A DNA stretch of 64,000 bases from an uncultured Spirochaetota bacterium (GTDB taxonomy: Bacteria > Spirochaetota > Spirochaetia > SZUA-6 > Fen-1364). The stretch lies in contig CAWGAA010000001.1 in assembly GCA_963820525.1 (NCBI GenBank), positions 608,001 through 672,000 of the forward strand, written 5' to 3'. Below are positions 9,674 to 20,654 of the stretch, in pieces. Under the pieces are notes generated by a model that saw nothing but the letters and a program-made list of their open reading frames with translations, made no database searches and was not told where the DNA came from. Numbering within the stretch: position 1 is the stretch's first letter; each line of letters opens with the position of its first letter. Made by a program: the position numbers and the translations under genes.

Positions 9674-9753
9674 CCCCAGGGCTCCCGGCGTCTCGCTTCG
9701 CTCCCGACGCCTGCCGCCCTGGGGCCCCTTCCGTGCATCGCTTCGCGCTGCAC
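9674..9753. repeat. Intergenic structured element (two hairpins capped by GCGAAGC on the minus strand)
   Basis: ccccagggc (9674-9682) pairs with gccctgggg (9716-9724), enclosing ggcgtc/gacgcc around tcgcttcgctc; second hairpin gtgca-tcgcttcgcgc-tgcac at 9733-9753. Confidence 0.6.
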
Positions 9754-10872
9754 TTAGACCACCAGCTCCTCTTCCCCGGCGCGCGCCACGACGATCTCTC
9801 CCTGCTCCTCGAGCTTCCGGATGATCGCCACGATTCTCTGCTGCGCCTCCTCCACGTCCTTCAGCCTGATGGGGCCCATATAGTCCATGTCCTCCTTGAG
9901 CAGGGTGGAGGCCCGCTTGGACATGTTCCTGAAGATCTTGTCCTGCACTTCCGAGTCCACGCTCTTCAAGGCCTTGGCCAGCTCCGCCGTGTCCACCTCT
10001 CGGAGGACCTTCTGGATGGCGCGGTCGTCCAGAAGCACAATATCCTCGAACACGAACATGCGCTTCTTGATCTCCTCGGCAAGCTCCGGATCGTCCTCCT
10101 CCAGGGATTCCACGATCGTCTTCTCCGTGGAGCGGTCCACCATGTTGAGGATCTCCACGATGCTCTCGACTCCTCCCGCCGCCGTATAGTCTTCGGAGGA
10201 GAGGGTGGAGAGCTTCTTCTCCAGAACACGCTCAACCTCGCGCAAAACCTCTGGTGACGTACGGTCCATCGTTGCGATTCGCTTGGCCACGTCGGACTGG
10301 ATCTCGTGGGGAAGGCTCCCCAGGATGATGGAGGCCTTCTGCGGCTCCAGGTAGGCCAGGATCAGCGCGATGGTCTGGGGGTGCTCCTGCTGGATGAAGT
10401 TCAACAGGTGCGCGGGATCGGTGCGGCGGATGAAGTCGAAGGGCCTCACCTGCAGGGAGCTTGTGAGGCGGTTGATGATATCCACCGCTTTCTGCGTGCC
10501 CAGGGACTTTTCCAGCAGCTCCCGTGCGTAGTCGATGCCGCCCGTGGAGATGAACTCCTGGGCCATCATCAGCTCGTGGAATTCCATCAGGACCTGGTCC
10601 CGATCCTGGGGCTCGATGCTCTCCAAGCGCGCGATCTCGAAGGTGAGCTGCTCGATCTCGTCCTCCCGAAGGTGCTTGAAGATCTCCGAGGCGATCTCGG
10701 ACCCCAGCGTCACCAGGAACACGGCGGCCTTCTGCCGGCCGGTAAGGGACTTCTTGTGTCCCGCTCCGCCCTTCTTGACCTGGGCCGCGGATGCCGCCTG
10801 CGCCGGGGCGGGCGCCGCCGCTTTTTCCTTTGCCGGCGCCGCTGCCGGGGCCGGTCTCGATTGCTTTGCCAT
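9754..10872 (-). CDS. fliG: Flagellar motor switch protein FliG
   Basis: LTGRQKAAVFLVTLG, GGIDYARELL, EHPQTIALIL, KRMFVFEDI; Ala/Pro/Lys-rich N-terminal tail. Confidence 0.98.
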   Translation of the reverse strand: MAKQSRPAPAAAPAKEKAAAPAPAQAASAAQVKKGGAGHKKSLTGRQKAAVFLVTLGSEIASEIFKHLREDEIEQLTFEIARLESIEPQDRDQVLMEFHELMMAQEFISTGGIDYARELLEKSLGTQKAVDIINRLTSSLQVRPFDFIRRTDPAHLLNFIQQEHPQTIALILAYLEPQKASIILGSLPHEIQSDVAKRIATMDRTSPEVLREVERVLEKKLSTLSSEDYTAAGGVESIVEILNMVDRSTEKTIVESLEEDDPELAEEIKKRMFVFEDIVLLDDRAIQKVLREVDTAELAKALKSVDSEVQDKIFRNMSKRASTLLKEDMDYMGPIRLKDVEEAQQRIVAIIRKLEEQGEIVVARAGEEELVV

Positions 10873-10875
10873 GTG

Positions 10876-12576
10876 CTACTCCTCCACGAGCCAGGTTCTG
10901 ATGAGCTGCGCCACGTCTTCGGGATGCTCTCGCGCCATGTTGACCGCGTTCTCCTGCATCTCCAGGCGCGCCCTGTCCTCCACGGACAACTCTACCTCCA
11001 CTCCCTGCTCCTCGGCCGTGCGGAGCGCCGCCTCGCGCATCGCCTGATGCTGGCGGGCCAGCTCCTCTTCGCGCAGCCGCCTCCTGCGCTCCCTCTCCTT
11101 GGCAATGAGCCTGTAGAGGAAGGCCAGAACGAGTATAGCACCGATGCCGATGAGAATGGAAATGACGGTGCGCCGCAGCCCCAGCTGCCTCCTGTACACC
11201 GAGTCTTCCTTCTCGAACTGGGAGCTCCTGTCGAACTTGAGGGACTGCACCTCCACAACGTCGCCGCGCTCCCTGCTGAACCCGATGCCTCCCTGGATCA
11301 GGGCCTTCGCCTTGGAGATGTCCTCGTCCGAGACAGCCACGTAGTCGCGCTTGATGCTGCCGTCGGGATTCAGGATCACCTGACCGTTCTTATCGTACTG
11401 CTCCTGCCAGATTCCGTCGAGAGCCACGCCGATGGTGATCCTGTTTATGCCCCACGGCCTCTTCTCTTCATTGGTGACCTTCTTGTTTATCTCGTTGTTG
11501 GTCGTGGTCTGTGACTTGTCGTACTTGCCCACCAGGTTCGAAAGGTCCTTGTAGGCCGGGGGCGTCTGTCCCTCCTGCCCCGGGGGCCCCTCGGGATTGA
11601 AGCCGGTGCCCTGGAAGTGCTCCTCCACGTTCTGGGTCGAGCGCGCGATCGAGGGGGCGTACTGCGCCTCGCCGAAGCGCGTCGCCGGCACCACGGCGAC
11701 GGGGGAGAACTCCTCCGCCGTGGAGGAGACCTTGCTCATGTCGAGGTCGATATCGATCTTGAGGATCTTCACGCGGTCCTGGCTGAAGATGTCCTTGAGG
11801 GAGTCGAGGATCTCGCTCTTGTACTTCTGCTCCAGCTGCTGCTTTGCCTTCAGCTCCCGCTCGGCCAGGTTCAACCTGTCCACCTGGGCCAGGCCGGCGA
11901 AGTCGTTGAGCTGGTTTCCGTTCTGGTCCGTGATGACGATGTTCTCGTCCTTCAAGCCGGCCACGGCGAGCTTGATCAGCCGTTGGATCCCTTCTATCTG
12001 TTTTCGGTTATTCGCGAGCTCCGAGCCCGGCTTGGGGGTGAGGATGACCGAGGCGGTGACGGGGTTCTGGTCCTCGCTGAACAGCTCCTGCTTGGGAACC
12101 ACGAGGGTGACGCTCACGTTGTCGACGTCGTCCAGGGCCAGGATGTGCTGTTCCAGCTGCTTGGTAATGGCGCGTTGGAGGTTCACGTCGCGCTCGAAAT
12201 CCGTGGTGGTCCAGCGCTCCACGTCGAAGATCGCCCAGGGATCCGTGCCCTTGGGGATCAGGTCCTCCTCGGTGAGGATCATGCGCACGTGCCGCGCCGT
12301 CTTCTCGTCGGCGACGTAGAAGACGTTATCGGAGCGAAGCTCGTACTTGATGGCGAGCTCTTCGAGCTTCGAGCTGATGCGAAGCCGGGCATCCTCGGCC
12401 GCGACGGGCGCGGAGATGACCGGAACCATGCTGGGCGTCGCGCTGAAGGTGAACAGCAGGATGACGGCGAGGACCGCCGCTCCAATGACGGAGAAAAAGA
12501 TTATCTTCTGGGTGATGTTCCACTTGGCCCACAGGCCCCTGGCTTGATCACGGAGCCTCTTCAACCACTCGTTCAT
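10876..12576 (-). CDS. fliF: Flagellar M-ring protein FliF
   Basis: 566 aa with two TMs, WTTTDFERDV and GFSRERGDVVEV; C-terminus PEDVAQLIRTWL. Confidence 0.96.
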   Translation of the reverse strand: MNEWLKRLRDQARGLWAKWNITQKIIFFSVIGAAVLAVILLFTFSATPSMVPVISAPVAAEDARLRISSKLEELAIKYELRSDNVFYVADEKTARHVRMILTEEDLIPKGTDPWAIFDVERWTTTDFERDVNLQRAITKQLEQHILALDDVDNVSVTLVVPKQELFSEDQNPVTASVILTPKPGSELANNRKQIEGIQRLIKLAVAGLKDENIVITDQNGNQLNDFAGLAQVDRLNLAERELKAKQQLEQKYKSEILDSLKDIFSQDRVKILKIDIDLDMSKVSSTAEEFSPVAVVPATRFGEAQYAPSIARSTQNVEEHFQGTGFNPEGPPGQEGQTPPAYKDLSNLVGKYDKSQTTTNNEINKKVTNEEKRPWGINRITIGVALDGIWQEQYDKNGQVILNPDGSIKRDYVAVSDEDISKAKALIQGGIGFSRERGDVVEVQSLKFDRSSQFEKEDSVYRRQLGLRRTVISILIGIGAILVLAFLYRLIAKERERRRRLREEELARQHQAMREAALRTAEEQGVEVELSVEDRARLEMQENAVNMAREHPEDVAQLIRTWLVEE

Positions 12577-12650
12577 GTCCCCTCCCTTTCATGAAGAACG
12601 TCATCCCCGCGGCGAGCGCCCCAGTTTGCGCGCACCGCGGGCTCGATTCC

Positions 12651-12989
12651 TTATCTCACGTTGATGATCTCCCGGTACGCGGCCAGCGCGCGGTCGACGA
12701 TCGCCTTGGTCATCGAGATGGCGAGGTTCGCCTCTGCCAGCGCGATCGTCACGTCGTGCACGTCCACCGATTCCGGGTCCGTGATCATCTTCTGGGTGAG
12801 CTCCATGCCTTTTCGCTGGCTGTCGTTCACCCCGTTCAGCGCGTTTAAAAGAAGGTCCCCGAAGGCCGCTTCTGTTTTTCCCGCCTCGGAGGCCTTGCCG
12901 CTCTCCCCAATGCCCGCGATGTGGTTGGGGTTCGTGCGGGCCAGCTTCACAACGTCTCCGTATGCCTGCGCGGGGCTCAAAAGCTGCAT
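12651..12989 (-). CDS. fliE: Flagellar hook-basal body protein FliE
   Basis: VDVHDVTIALAEANLAI...AYREI. Confidence 0.95.
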   Translation of the reverse strand: MQLLSPAQAYGDVVKLARTNPNHIAGIGESGKASEAGKTEAAFGDLLLNALNGVNDSQRKGMELTQKMITDPESVDVHDVTIALAEANLAISMTKAIVDRALAAYREIINVR

Positions 12990-12992
12990 CGC

Positions 12993-13451
12993 TTACCTCC
13001 CGATCTCGAGGGCCTTGAGGAACATGGCCTTGGTTCCGTTGATCACCGCGGAGTTCGCCTCGTAGGAGCGGGATGCGGCGATCATGTCCACCATCTCGTT
13101 GACGATATTGACGTTGGGAAACTCCACGTAGCCGGCCCGGGGCCCGCTCTTGATGGCGTCGGGGTGGGTGGGATCGTAGACCAAGCGCGGCTGGGCCGCG
13201 TAATCCTTCTCGATCCTGGACACCCGCACCCCCTTTCCCACCTCATCCTGAAGGTAGGTGGGAAGAATCGGGCTCCTCCAGTAGGGCTCGGAGACCCGCG
13301 GCCGGAAGATCACGCGGCTTCTGCGGAAGGGTCCCCCCTCCGTTGTGCGCGTGGTGGTGGCGTTGGCGATATTGTCCGCGATGACATCGAGGCGGAGCTT
13401 CTCCGCAGTGAGGCCGGACCCCGCGGTATTTATGCTCGTGAAAATCCCCAT
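12993..13451 (-). CDS. flgC: Flagellar basal body rod protein FlgC
   Basis: RLDVIADNIANA, YDPTHPDA, PNVNIVNEMVDMIAASRSYEAN. Confidence 0.98.
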   Translation of the reverse strand: MGIFTSINTAGSGLTAEKLRLDVIADNIANATTTRTTEGGPFRRSRVIFRPRVSEPYWRSPILPTYLQDEVGKGVRVSRIEKDYAAQPRLVYDPTHPDAIKSGPRAGYVEFPNVNIVNEMVDMIAASRSYEANSAVINGTKAMFLKALEIGR

Positions 13452-13462
13452 CGCTCCTCCCT

Positions 13463-13879
13463 TTACCTCAGCACGATGTTGACGCGCTGGATCTCGCTGG
13501 AGATCGTCTGGGCCAGGGTGGTATAGAGGAGCTGGTTGGTGAGCGAGTCCATGCCCTCCTCCTCCATGTCCACGTTGTTTCCGTTGTTCTTGCTCTCGGA
13601 GAGGTAATCCAGCACTCTCCGCGGGGCAACGCCCCTGTAGTCAATGGGCCTGTCGAAGGGGATGTGGCGGGGATCCGTGATAACTTGCGGAAACGGTACG
13701 ATTTTCTCGGAATCGAGCGCCCGCTTGAGCTGGCTCTCGAAGTTCACCACGCTGCGCTTGAAATTGGGAGTGTCGGCGTTGGCGATGTTGTTGGCGATGA
13801 CGTTTCTGCGCATCACGGCCACGTCCATCTCCCGCGTGATGATGTCGAGGTTCCTGCCGAAAGCCCCTCCAAATATCAT
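13463..13879 (-). CDS. flgB: Flagellar basal body rod protein FlgB
   Basis: IANNIANADTPNFKR and NGNNVDMEEE. Confidence 0.97.
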   Translation of the reverse strand: MIFGGAFGRNLDIITREMDVAVMRRNVIANNIANADTPNFKRSVVNFESQLKRALDSEKIVPFPQVITDPRHIPFDRPIDYRGVAPRRVLDYLSESKNNGNNVDMEEEGMDSLTNQLLYTTLAQTISSEIQRVNIVLR

Positions 13880-13923
13880 GTTCTCGTACCCCTCTCCTGA
13901 TTCTCGGCCTGTTTTCCCCGCCT

Positions 13924-15326
<1,403 letters not shown>

Positions 15327-15330
<4 letters not shown>

Positions 15331-15869
15331 GAAAGCTCCTCCACGAGGATCTCGCTGTTCGTATAGATGCAGATCTCCGATGCGATCTTCAGGGAGCGCT
15401 CGGCGATCTCCCGCGCGGAAAGCTCCGAGGAATCCAGATAGGCCCGGGCCGCGGCGTAGGCGAAGCTTCCCCCCGAGCCGATCGCGATCACTCCCTGCTC
15501 GGGCTCGATCACGTCGCCGGTGCCGGAAATGAGGAAGGTGCTCTTCTTGTCCGACACCAGGAGCATCGCCTCCAGCCTTCGCAGTATCCTGTCCGTCCTC
15601 CAGTCCTTGGCCAGCTCCACGGCCGCGCGCGTGATGTCCCCCCCGTATTCCTTCACCTTGCCCTCGAAGCGTTCGAAAAGGGTGAATGCGTCCGCCGTTG
15701 TCCCGGCGAAGCCCACGAGGATCCTGCCGTCGTAGATCTTCCTGACCTTTCTGGCGTTGGCCTTCATGACCGTGTTTCCTATGGTGACCTGGCCGTCTCC
15801 GGCAATGGCCACCTTGTCGCCGCGGCGCACCGCGATGATCGTGGTCCCGCGAATCCTGTCACTGCGCAT
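15327..15869 (-). CDS. hslV: ATP-dependent protease subunit HslV
   Basis: GTTIIAVRR (N-terminal Thr nucleophile), AGDGQVT, AIGSGG, ICIYTN. Confidence 0.98.
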
Positions 15870-16764
15870 GGGGGTGCGCCCTCCTGTAGACCTTTTTCAG
15901 ACGTTCCAGCCCCACGTGGGTGTAGACCTGGGTGGTCGAGAGGCTGGCATGCCCCAGAAGCTCCTGCACGGCGCGGATGTCGGCCCCCCGGTCCAGGAGG
16001 TGCGTTGCAAAGGAGTGGCGGAAGGTGTGGGGCGTGACGCGCTTGCCCAGGTTTGCCCCGGCCAGGTAGGAGCTGAGGATGAAGCGCACGCCCCGGTCCG
16101 TGAGGCGCGTGCCCTTGGCGTTTATGAAAAGGGCCTTCTCGGAATCTTGATCGTGCGCCGCGCGATACGCGCGCCTCTCGAGGTACTGGCGAAGCGCCGA
16201 CAGGGCTTCCCGGCCGATGAACACGATCCGCTCCTTGGACCCCTTGCCCATCACCCGCGCCGTCCTGTCCTTAAGGTTCACGTCGGTGAGGTCCAGCGAC
16301 ACCAGCTCGCTGATCCTGCACCCCGTGGAATAGAGAAGCTCGAGCACCGCCCTGTCCCGCAGGCAGAGCAGCGCGTCGTCCCCCTCTTTGATCGCGCGGG
16401 CCGGAAGCTCCAAAAGCCGCGCCATCTCCTCCTCGAAGAGGAACGAGGGCAGCTTTTTCTCGGTCCTGAGGCTCTTGATGTCCGCGAAAGGGTTGGCGGC
16501 GACGCTTCCGAAGCGCTCCTTGAAGCGGTAGTAGCCGCGAACGCCGCAGACGATCCTGTTGACGGAGCGGGCCGAGAGCCCTTCCCCCGCCAGCATGCCG
16601 ACGAAGGCACGGGCGTCGGTAAGGCCGGCATCGTCCTCGGCGACGCCGCGCTCCGCCAGGAAGAGCGCATAGCGGTCCAGGCCCCGCCGGTAGGAAGCGA
16701 GTGTGTTCGCGGAGAGGTTCCGCACCGATGCGAGGTAGCCGATGTAATCCTCAGGCGCTTTGAT
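15859..16764 (-). CDS. xerC: Tyrosine recombinase XerC-like (ORF-track start GTG 16725; probable true start is ATC 16764)
   Basis: [54 protein letters not shown]; in-frame upstream [18 protein letters not shown] helix behind an AAGGAGG SD. Confidence 0.88.
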   Translation of the reverse strand: MKAPEDYIGYLASVRNLSANTLASYRRGLDRYALFLAERGVAEDDAGLTDARAFVGMLAGEGLSARSVNRIVCGVRGYYRFKERFGSVAANPFADIKSLRTEKKLPSFLFEEEMARLLELPARAIKEGDDALLCLRDRAVLELLYSTGCRISELVSLDLTDVNLKDRTARVMGKGSKERIVFIGREALSALRQYLERRAYRAAHDQDSEKALFINAKGTRLTDRGVRFILSSYLAGANLGKRVTPHTFRHSFATHLLDRGADIRAVQELLGHASLSTTQVYTHVGLERLKKVYRRAHPHAQ

Positions 16765-18859
16765 CGTCCGCCTCCTTGGTATGAAGGTAGTCGCACTCCG
16801 GATTGATGCATGACTTGTAGGTGCCCCGCTGCTTGTCTTCCTTCTCCACGAGGAAGTATCCGCACTTCGGGCACTTGGTGTCCGTGGGCGGAAAGTACGT
16901 GACGAAGTCGCAGGCGGGGTAGTTGCTGCACCCGTAGAACTCCCGGCCCCTTCCCTTCTTTCGCTTTCGCGCGACTATCTGCCCGCCGCATCCGGGGCGC
17001 GGGCAGGCGGCGAGCGGAACGGGCTTGGTGTTCTTGCACTCGGGGAACCCCGTGCAGGCGATGAAGAAGCCGTACCGGCCCAGCTTCTTCACCATGGGCC
17101 GGCCGCAGACCTCGCAGACAATGTCGGTCTTCTCGTCCATGACGCCCTTCACGGATTCGAGGGTCTCCGTCACGGTGGCCATCTTTTCCTTGAAGGGGCC
17201 GTAGAACTCCCCGATCATCTGCCTCCACTCCAGCTTCCCCTCCTCCACCTCGTCCAGCTCCTCCTCCATTGCGGCCGTGAAGCCCGGATCCAGGAGCTCG
17301 GGGAAGGAGCGGGTGAGAAGGTCGTTGATGATCCGGCCCAGGACCGTCGGGATGAGCTGCCGGCTCTTCCTGACCACGTAGAAACGGTCCAGGAGCACCG
17401 AGATGATGGGAGCGTACGTGGATGGCCTGCCGATCCCCTTCTCCTCCAGGGTCTTCACGATGGTGGCGTCCGTGTAGCGGGGAGGGCCCGAGGTGAAGTG
17501 CTGCTCGGGATGGAACTTCACGCATAAAAGCTTCTCTCCCACTTCGAGAGACGGCAGGGCCTTGGTCTTTTCCTTTGAGGCGAGAAGCGAGAGGGCCTTC
17601 TGGAAGCCCTTCTCGGCCACTCGAGTGCTTGAGGCGCGGAAAATGGAATCCCCCGCCGCGATGTCGACCGTGGTTGTGATGGTCCGCGCCGGGGTCATCT
17701 GGGATGAAACGAAGCGTTCCCAGATGATCGAGTAGAGCTTGAACTGCTCCGGGGTGAGATCCTTCTTGATCTGCGCGGGGGTGAGCTTCACGTACGTGGG
17801 CCGGATGGCCTCGTGGGCGTCCTGCGCCCCCTTGCCGGCGGCGTAGACGTTGGCAGATTCGGGAAGCTCGGCCGGGAAGCTCTCGCCGATGAACTCCCTC
17901 ACCTCGCCGAGCGCGGTGTCGGAGACGCGGGTGGAGTCCGTGCGCATGTAGGTGATGAGTCCCAGCCTTTCGGAGCCGATGTTGACCCCTTCATAGAGGC
18001 TCTGCGCGATCTGCATTGTCTTTCGCGCCGTGAAGCCGAACCTGTTGGCCGCCGTCTGCTGGAGAGTCGACGTGGTGAAGGGAGGCCGCGGGCGAAGCAG
18101 CTTCTCGATCTCTTTGAGATCCGAGACGATGAACGCGGCGTGCTTGACGGCCTCCATGCAGGCGAGGGTCTTCTCCTCGTTGGACAGGTCCGGCTTCTCG
18201 CCCTTGACGGAGACCAGTTGGGCGCGGAAGGTATGCTTCGCTCCGCCCTTCAGCTCCGCCTCCAGGGTCCAGTACTCCTCGGGAACGAACCCCTCGATCT
18301 CTTTTTCCCTCTCGCAGATCAGCCGCAGGGCGACGGATTGGACGCGTCCGGCGGACAGGCCGTTTTTCACCTTCTTCCACAGCAGGGGCGAGAGGTAATA
18401 CCCCACGATCCTGTCCAGAATGCGGCGTGCCTTCTGGGCGTTCACCTTGGCCATGTCGATCGTGCCGGGGTTCGCCACGGCGTCCCGGATGGCCTTGGGC
18501 GTGATCTCGTTGAATGTGATGCGCTGGATGTCCACGGGAGAGCCGTTCGCCTGGAGGGCGTTTCTGAGGTGGAAGGAGATGGCCTCCCCTTCACGGTCGT
18601 TATCGGAGGCCAGAAGGATCCGGTCCACCTTCTTCGCCTTCTGCTTCAGCTCCTTGAGGATCTTCGCCTTGCCTCTCACCGTTATGTATTCCGGTTCGAA
18701 GGAGTTGTCCACGTCTATTGCGAGGCGCGATTTGGGAAGGTCAATCAGGTGGCCCATGGAGGCGGCAACGGTGAATCCCTTGCCGAGGTATTTCTCGATT
18801 GTCTTTCCCTTGGCGGGCGACTCCACGATCAAAAGCACGCTGCTCTTCTTCTCTGCCAT
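16751..18859 (-). CDS. topA: DNA topoisomerase I
   Basis: IVESPAK TOPRIM domain, DREGEAI, SAGRVQS, ITYMRTDS catalytic Tyr, C-terminal zinc ribbons. Confidence 0.98.
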   Translation of the reverse strand: MAEKKSSVLLIVESPAKGKTIEKYLGKGFTVAASMGHLIDLPKSRLAIDVDNSFEPEYITVRGKAKILKELKQKAKKVDRILLASDNDREGEAISFHLRNALQANGSPVDIQRITFNEITPKAIRDAVANPGTIDMAKVNAQKARRILDRIVGYYLSPLLWKKVKNGLSAGRVQSVALRLICEREKEIEGFVPEEYWTLEAELKGGAKHTFRAQLVSVKGEKPDLSNEEKTLACMEAVKHAAFIVSDLKEIEKLLRPRPPFTTSTLQQTAANRFGFTARKTMQIAQSLYEGVNIGSERLGLITYMRTDSTRVSDTALGEVREFIGESFPAELPESANVYAAGKGAQDAHEAIRPTYVKLTPAQIKKDLTPEQFKLYSIIWERFVSSQMTPARTITTTVDIAAGDSIFRASSTRVAEKGFQKALSLLASKEKTKALPSLEVGEKLLCVKFHPEQHFTSGPPRYTDATIVKTLEEKGIGRPSTYAPIISVLLDRFYVVRKSRQLIPTVLGRIINDLLTRSFPELLDPGFTAAMEEELDEVEEGKLEWRQMIGEFYGPFKEKMATVTETLESVKGVMDEKTDIVCEVCGRPMVKKLGRYGFFIACTGFPECKNTKPVPLAACPRPGCGGQIVARKRKKGRGREFYGCSNYPACDFVTYFPPTDTKCPKCGYFLVEKEDKQRGTYKSCINPECDYLHTKEADDQSA

Positions 18860-19882
18860 TCAGTTTCTCCAGAGGGTCTGCCCGCTTCTGCGCGTGCAGG
18901 AGCCCAAGATTTCTTCGCCCACGAGGCGGGCGATCGCCGCCCCTGTTTCGCTTGTCGAGCGCGCCGCGGGATCGTCGGATTGCACGGGACCGCCCGACGC
19001 TTTCCACGCCATACCCCAATCCACAAGCACGTCCTCGGCGCAGTCGATGATGGGCGCGCCCGACTCGGAAAGACGCCGCGTTCCGGCTCCGGCGGCGCCC
19101 ATGAGGCCCGAGCGATGAACATACAGGTCCCTTCCCTGCTCCAGGGCGTACTCCGCCGTGATCAAGGCCCCCGAGCGCTCGGGAGCCTGGATCACAACGA
19201 CCCCGCGGCACAGCCCGCTGATAATGCGGTTCCTGGCCGGGAAGTGGTGCCTCCGGGGAGGGGTCCCGGGGGGATACTCGCTCACGATGGCCCCACCGTT
19301 TCGGAGCACCCCGACCGCCGCTGCCCGGCTGGAAATCGGGTAGATCGAATCTATCCCGCTTCCCAGCACTGCCACCGAGTAGCCGCCCGCCTCCACGCAT
19401 CCGAGGTGGGCTTCCCTATCGATTCCGCGCGCGAGCCCCGAGACGACCCCGATCCCGCGAGATCCAAGCTCGAAGCCGAGGGAAAAGGCCCCCTTGCGCG
19501 CCGCCCCCGTGGGAAGGCGCGTGCCAACGATTCCGATCAGGGATTGGTTTTCCGGCAGGTTTCCCCGGTAGAAAAGGGTCACGGGAGGATCATAGATCTC
19601 CCGCAGCCGGGGCGGGTAAGCCCGGTCCCAGTAAAAAATGCATCCGATGCCATCCCGGGTCAAGGCTTTTTCGCTTTCATCAGCCCGCTGGAGAAGCTCG
19701 TGCGGGTCCCAGACCTTGGTGACGAGCCTCCTGCCCAGCAGGCGCGCCATATCCGTGATGCCGAGGCTGAAGATCTCCCGCGCCCCTCCCGTCATGTCTA
19801 TAAGGAGGAGCTTCTCCCGGGGAGTGAGGAACGAGACGTGGGAAAGAGCGATGAGCGCGCGCCGCTCACTTGCCTCTGCCAT
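18860..19882 (-). CDS. dprA: DNA-processing protein DprA (Smf)
   Basis: IVGTR, VVSGLARGID, HFPARNRIISGL, SGALITA. Confidence 0.96.
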   Translation of the reverse strand: MAEASERRALIALSHVSFLTPREKLLLIDMTGGAREIFSLGITDMARLLGRRLVTKVWDPHELLQRADESEKALTRDGIGCIFYWDRAYPPRLREIYDPPVTLFYRGNLPENQSLIGIVGTRLPTGAARKGAFSLGFELGSRGIGVVSGLARGIDREAHLGCVEAGGYSVAVLGSGIDSIYPISSRAAAVGVLRNGGAIVSEYPPGTPPRRHHFPARNRIISGLCRGVVVIQAPERSGALITAEYALEQGRDLYVHRSGLMGAAGAGTRRLSESGAPIIDCAEDVLVDWGMAWKASGGPVQSDDPAARSTSETGAAIARLVGEEILGSCTRRSGQTLWRN

Positions 19883-20621
19883 ACAGCTCCTCTTCGATCT
19901 GCTTCTTGTTCGCCTCGGCCTGGTTCTTGATGACCAGGGGCGGATTGGTATCGATGATCTTCGTGTACATGTCTATGGCATCTTCCGGCCGGGCCCTCTG
20001 GTAGTAGACCCGGGCCAGGAGGAACATGGCATCGATGTTCTTCTTCTGGCGGTCCAGCACATCCTTGAGCAGCGGCTCGGCGTCCTCCGGCCTGCCCAGC
20101 TCCACGGCATACAGGACGGCAAGGCCGTACATCGCGTTCACGTATGTCGGGTCAAGGAATATGGCGCGCTTGTAGTACGACTCGGCCTGGGAGAGGAGCA
20201 GGGCCATCTGCTTCGCGTCCGTGACATCGGCCTTCGCCAGCCTCGCCGAGGAAGCCGCGGCATAGTAAAAGAGAATGGGATTCTCGGGGTAGATCTGAAT
20301 GGCATTGGAAAGGGCGTCCAGGGCCTGGCCGTACATCTCGTTGTCGATGTACTTCAGGGCGAGCATCTTGTAGTAGGCGCCGAGATTCTGGTTTGCCTTC
20401 ACCTTCTTTTCGACTTCCGCCTTGTTCTCCGCGATGGCCTTCTTGAGACCTTCCACGGTATCGAGGGACGGTTTCTGCCCCTTGAAGCCGTAGCTTTCCA
20501 GGTCCAGGAGGCGCTGGAGGGTGCCGTCGTCCTGGCGCTGGCATCCTGCGAGCGCCGCGGCCAGAGTCAATGCCGCAAGCCCTGCTCTTAACAACGACGT
20601 GAATCGAGCTGCCGCTTTCAT
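19866..20621 (-). CDS. TPR-repeat lipoprotein
   Basis: Signal peptide with LAGC lipobox followed by multiple TPR repeats. Confidence 0.85.
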   Translation of the reverse strand: MKAAARFTSLLRAGLAALTLAAALAGCQRQDDGTLQRLLDLESYGFKGQKPSLDTVEGLKKAIAENKAEVEKKVKANQNLGAYYKMLALKYIDNEMYGQALDALSNAIQIYPENPILFYYAAASSARLAKADVTDAKQMALLLSQAESYYKRAIFLDPTYVNAMYGLAVLYAVELGRPEDAEPLLKDVLDRQKKNIDAMFLLARVYYQRARPEDAIDMYTKIIDTNPPLVIKNQAEANKKQIEEELYGRGK

Positions 20622-20654
20622 TCTCTCCTCCCCCCGCGTTCAACCTCGCGGTTT

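Noticed and set aside
10740..10872. Ala/Pro/Lys-rich N-terminal extension of FliG
   Set aside because: Low-complexity tail with no further signal; variable N-termini are unremarkable.
17813..19930. Long plus-strand ORFs antisense to real genes (e.g. 705 aa over topA/dprA, 506 aa over xerD/ftsZ, 491 aa over flbB/fliJ)
   Set aside because: Shadow ORFs expected from high-GC codon bias; no recognisable motifs, and they fully overlap well-supported genes.
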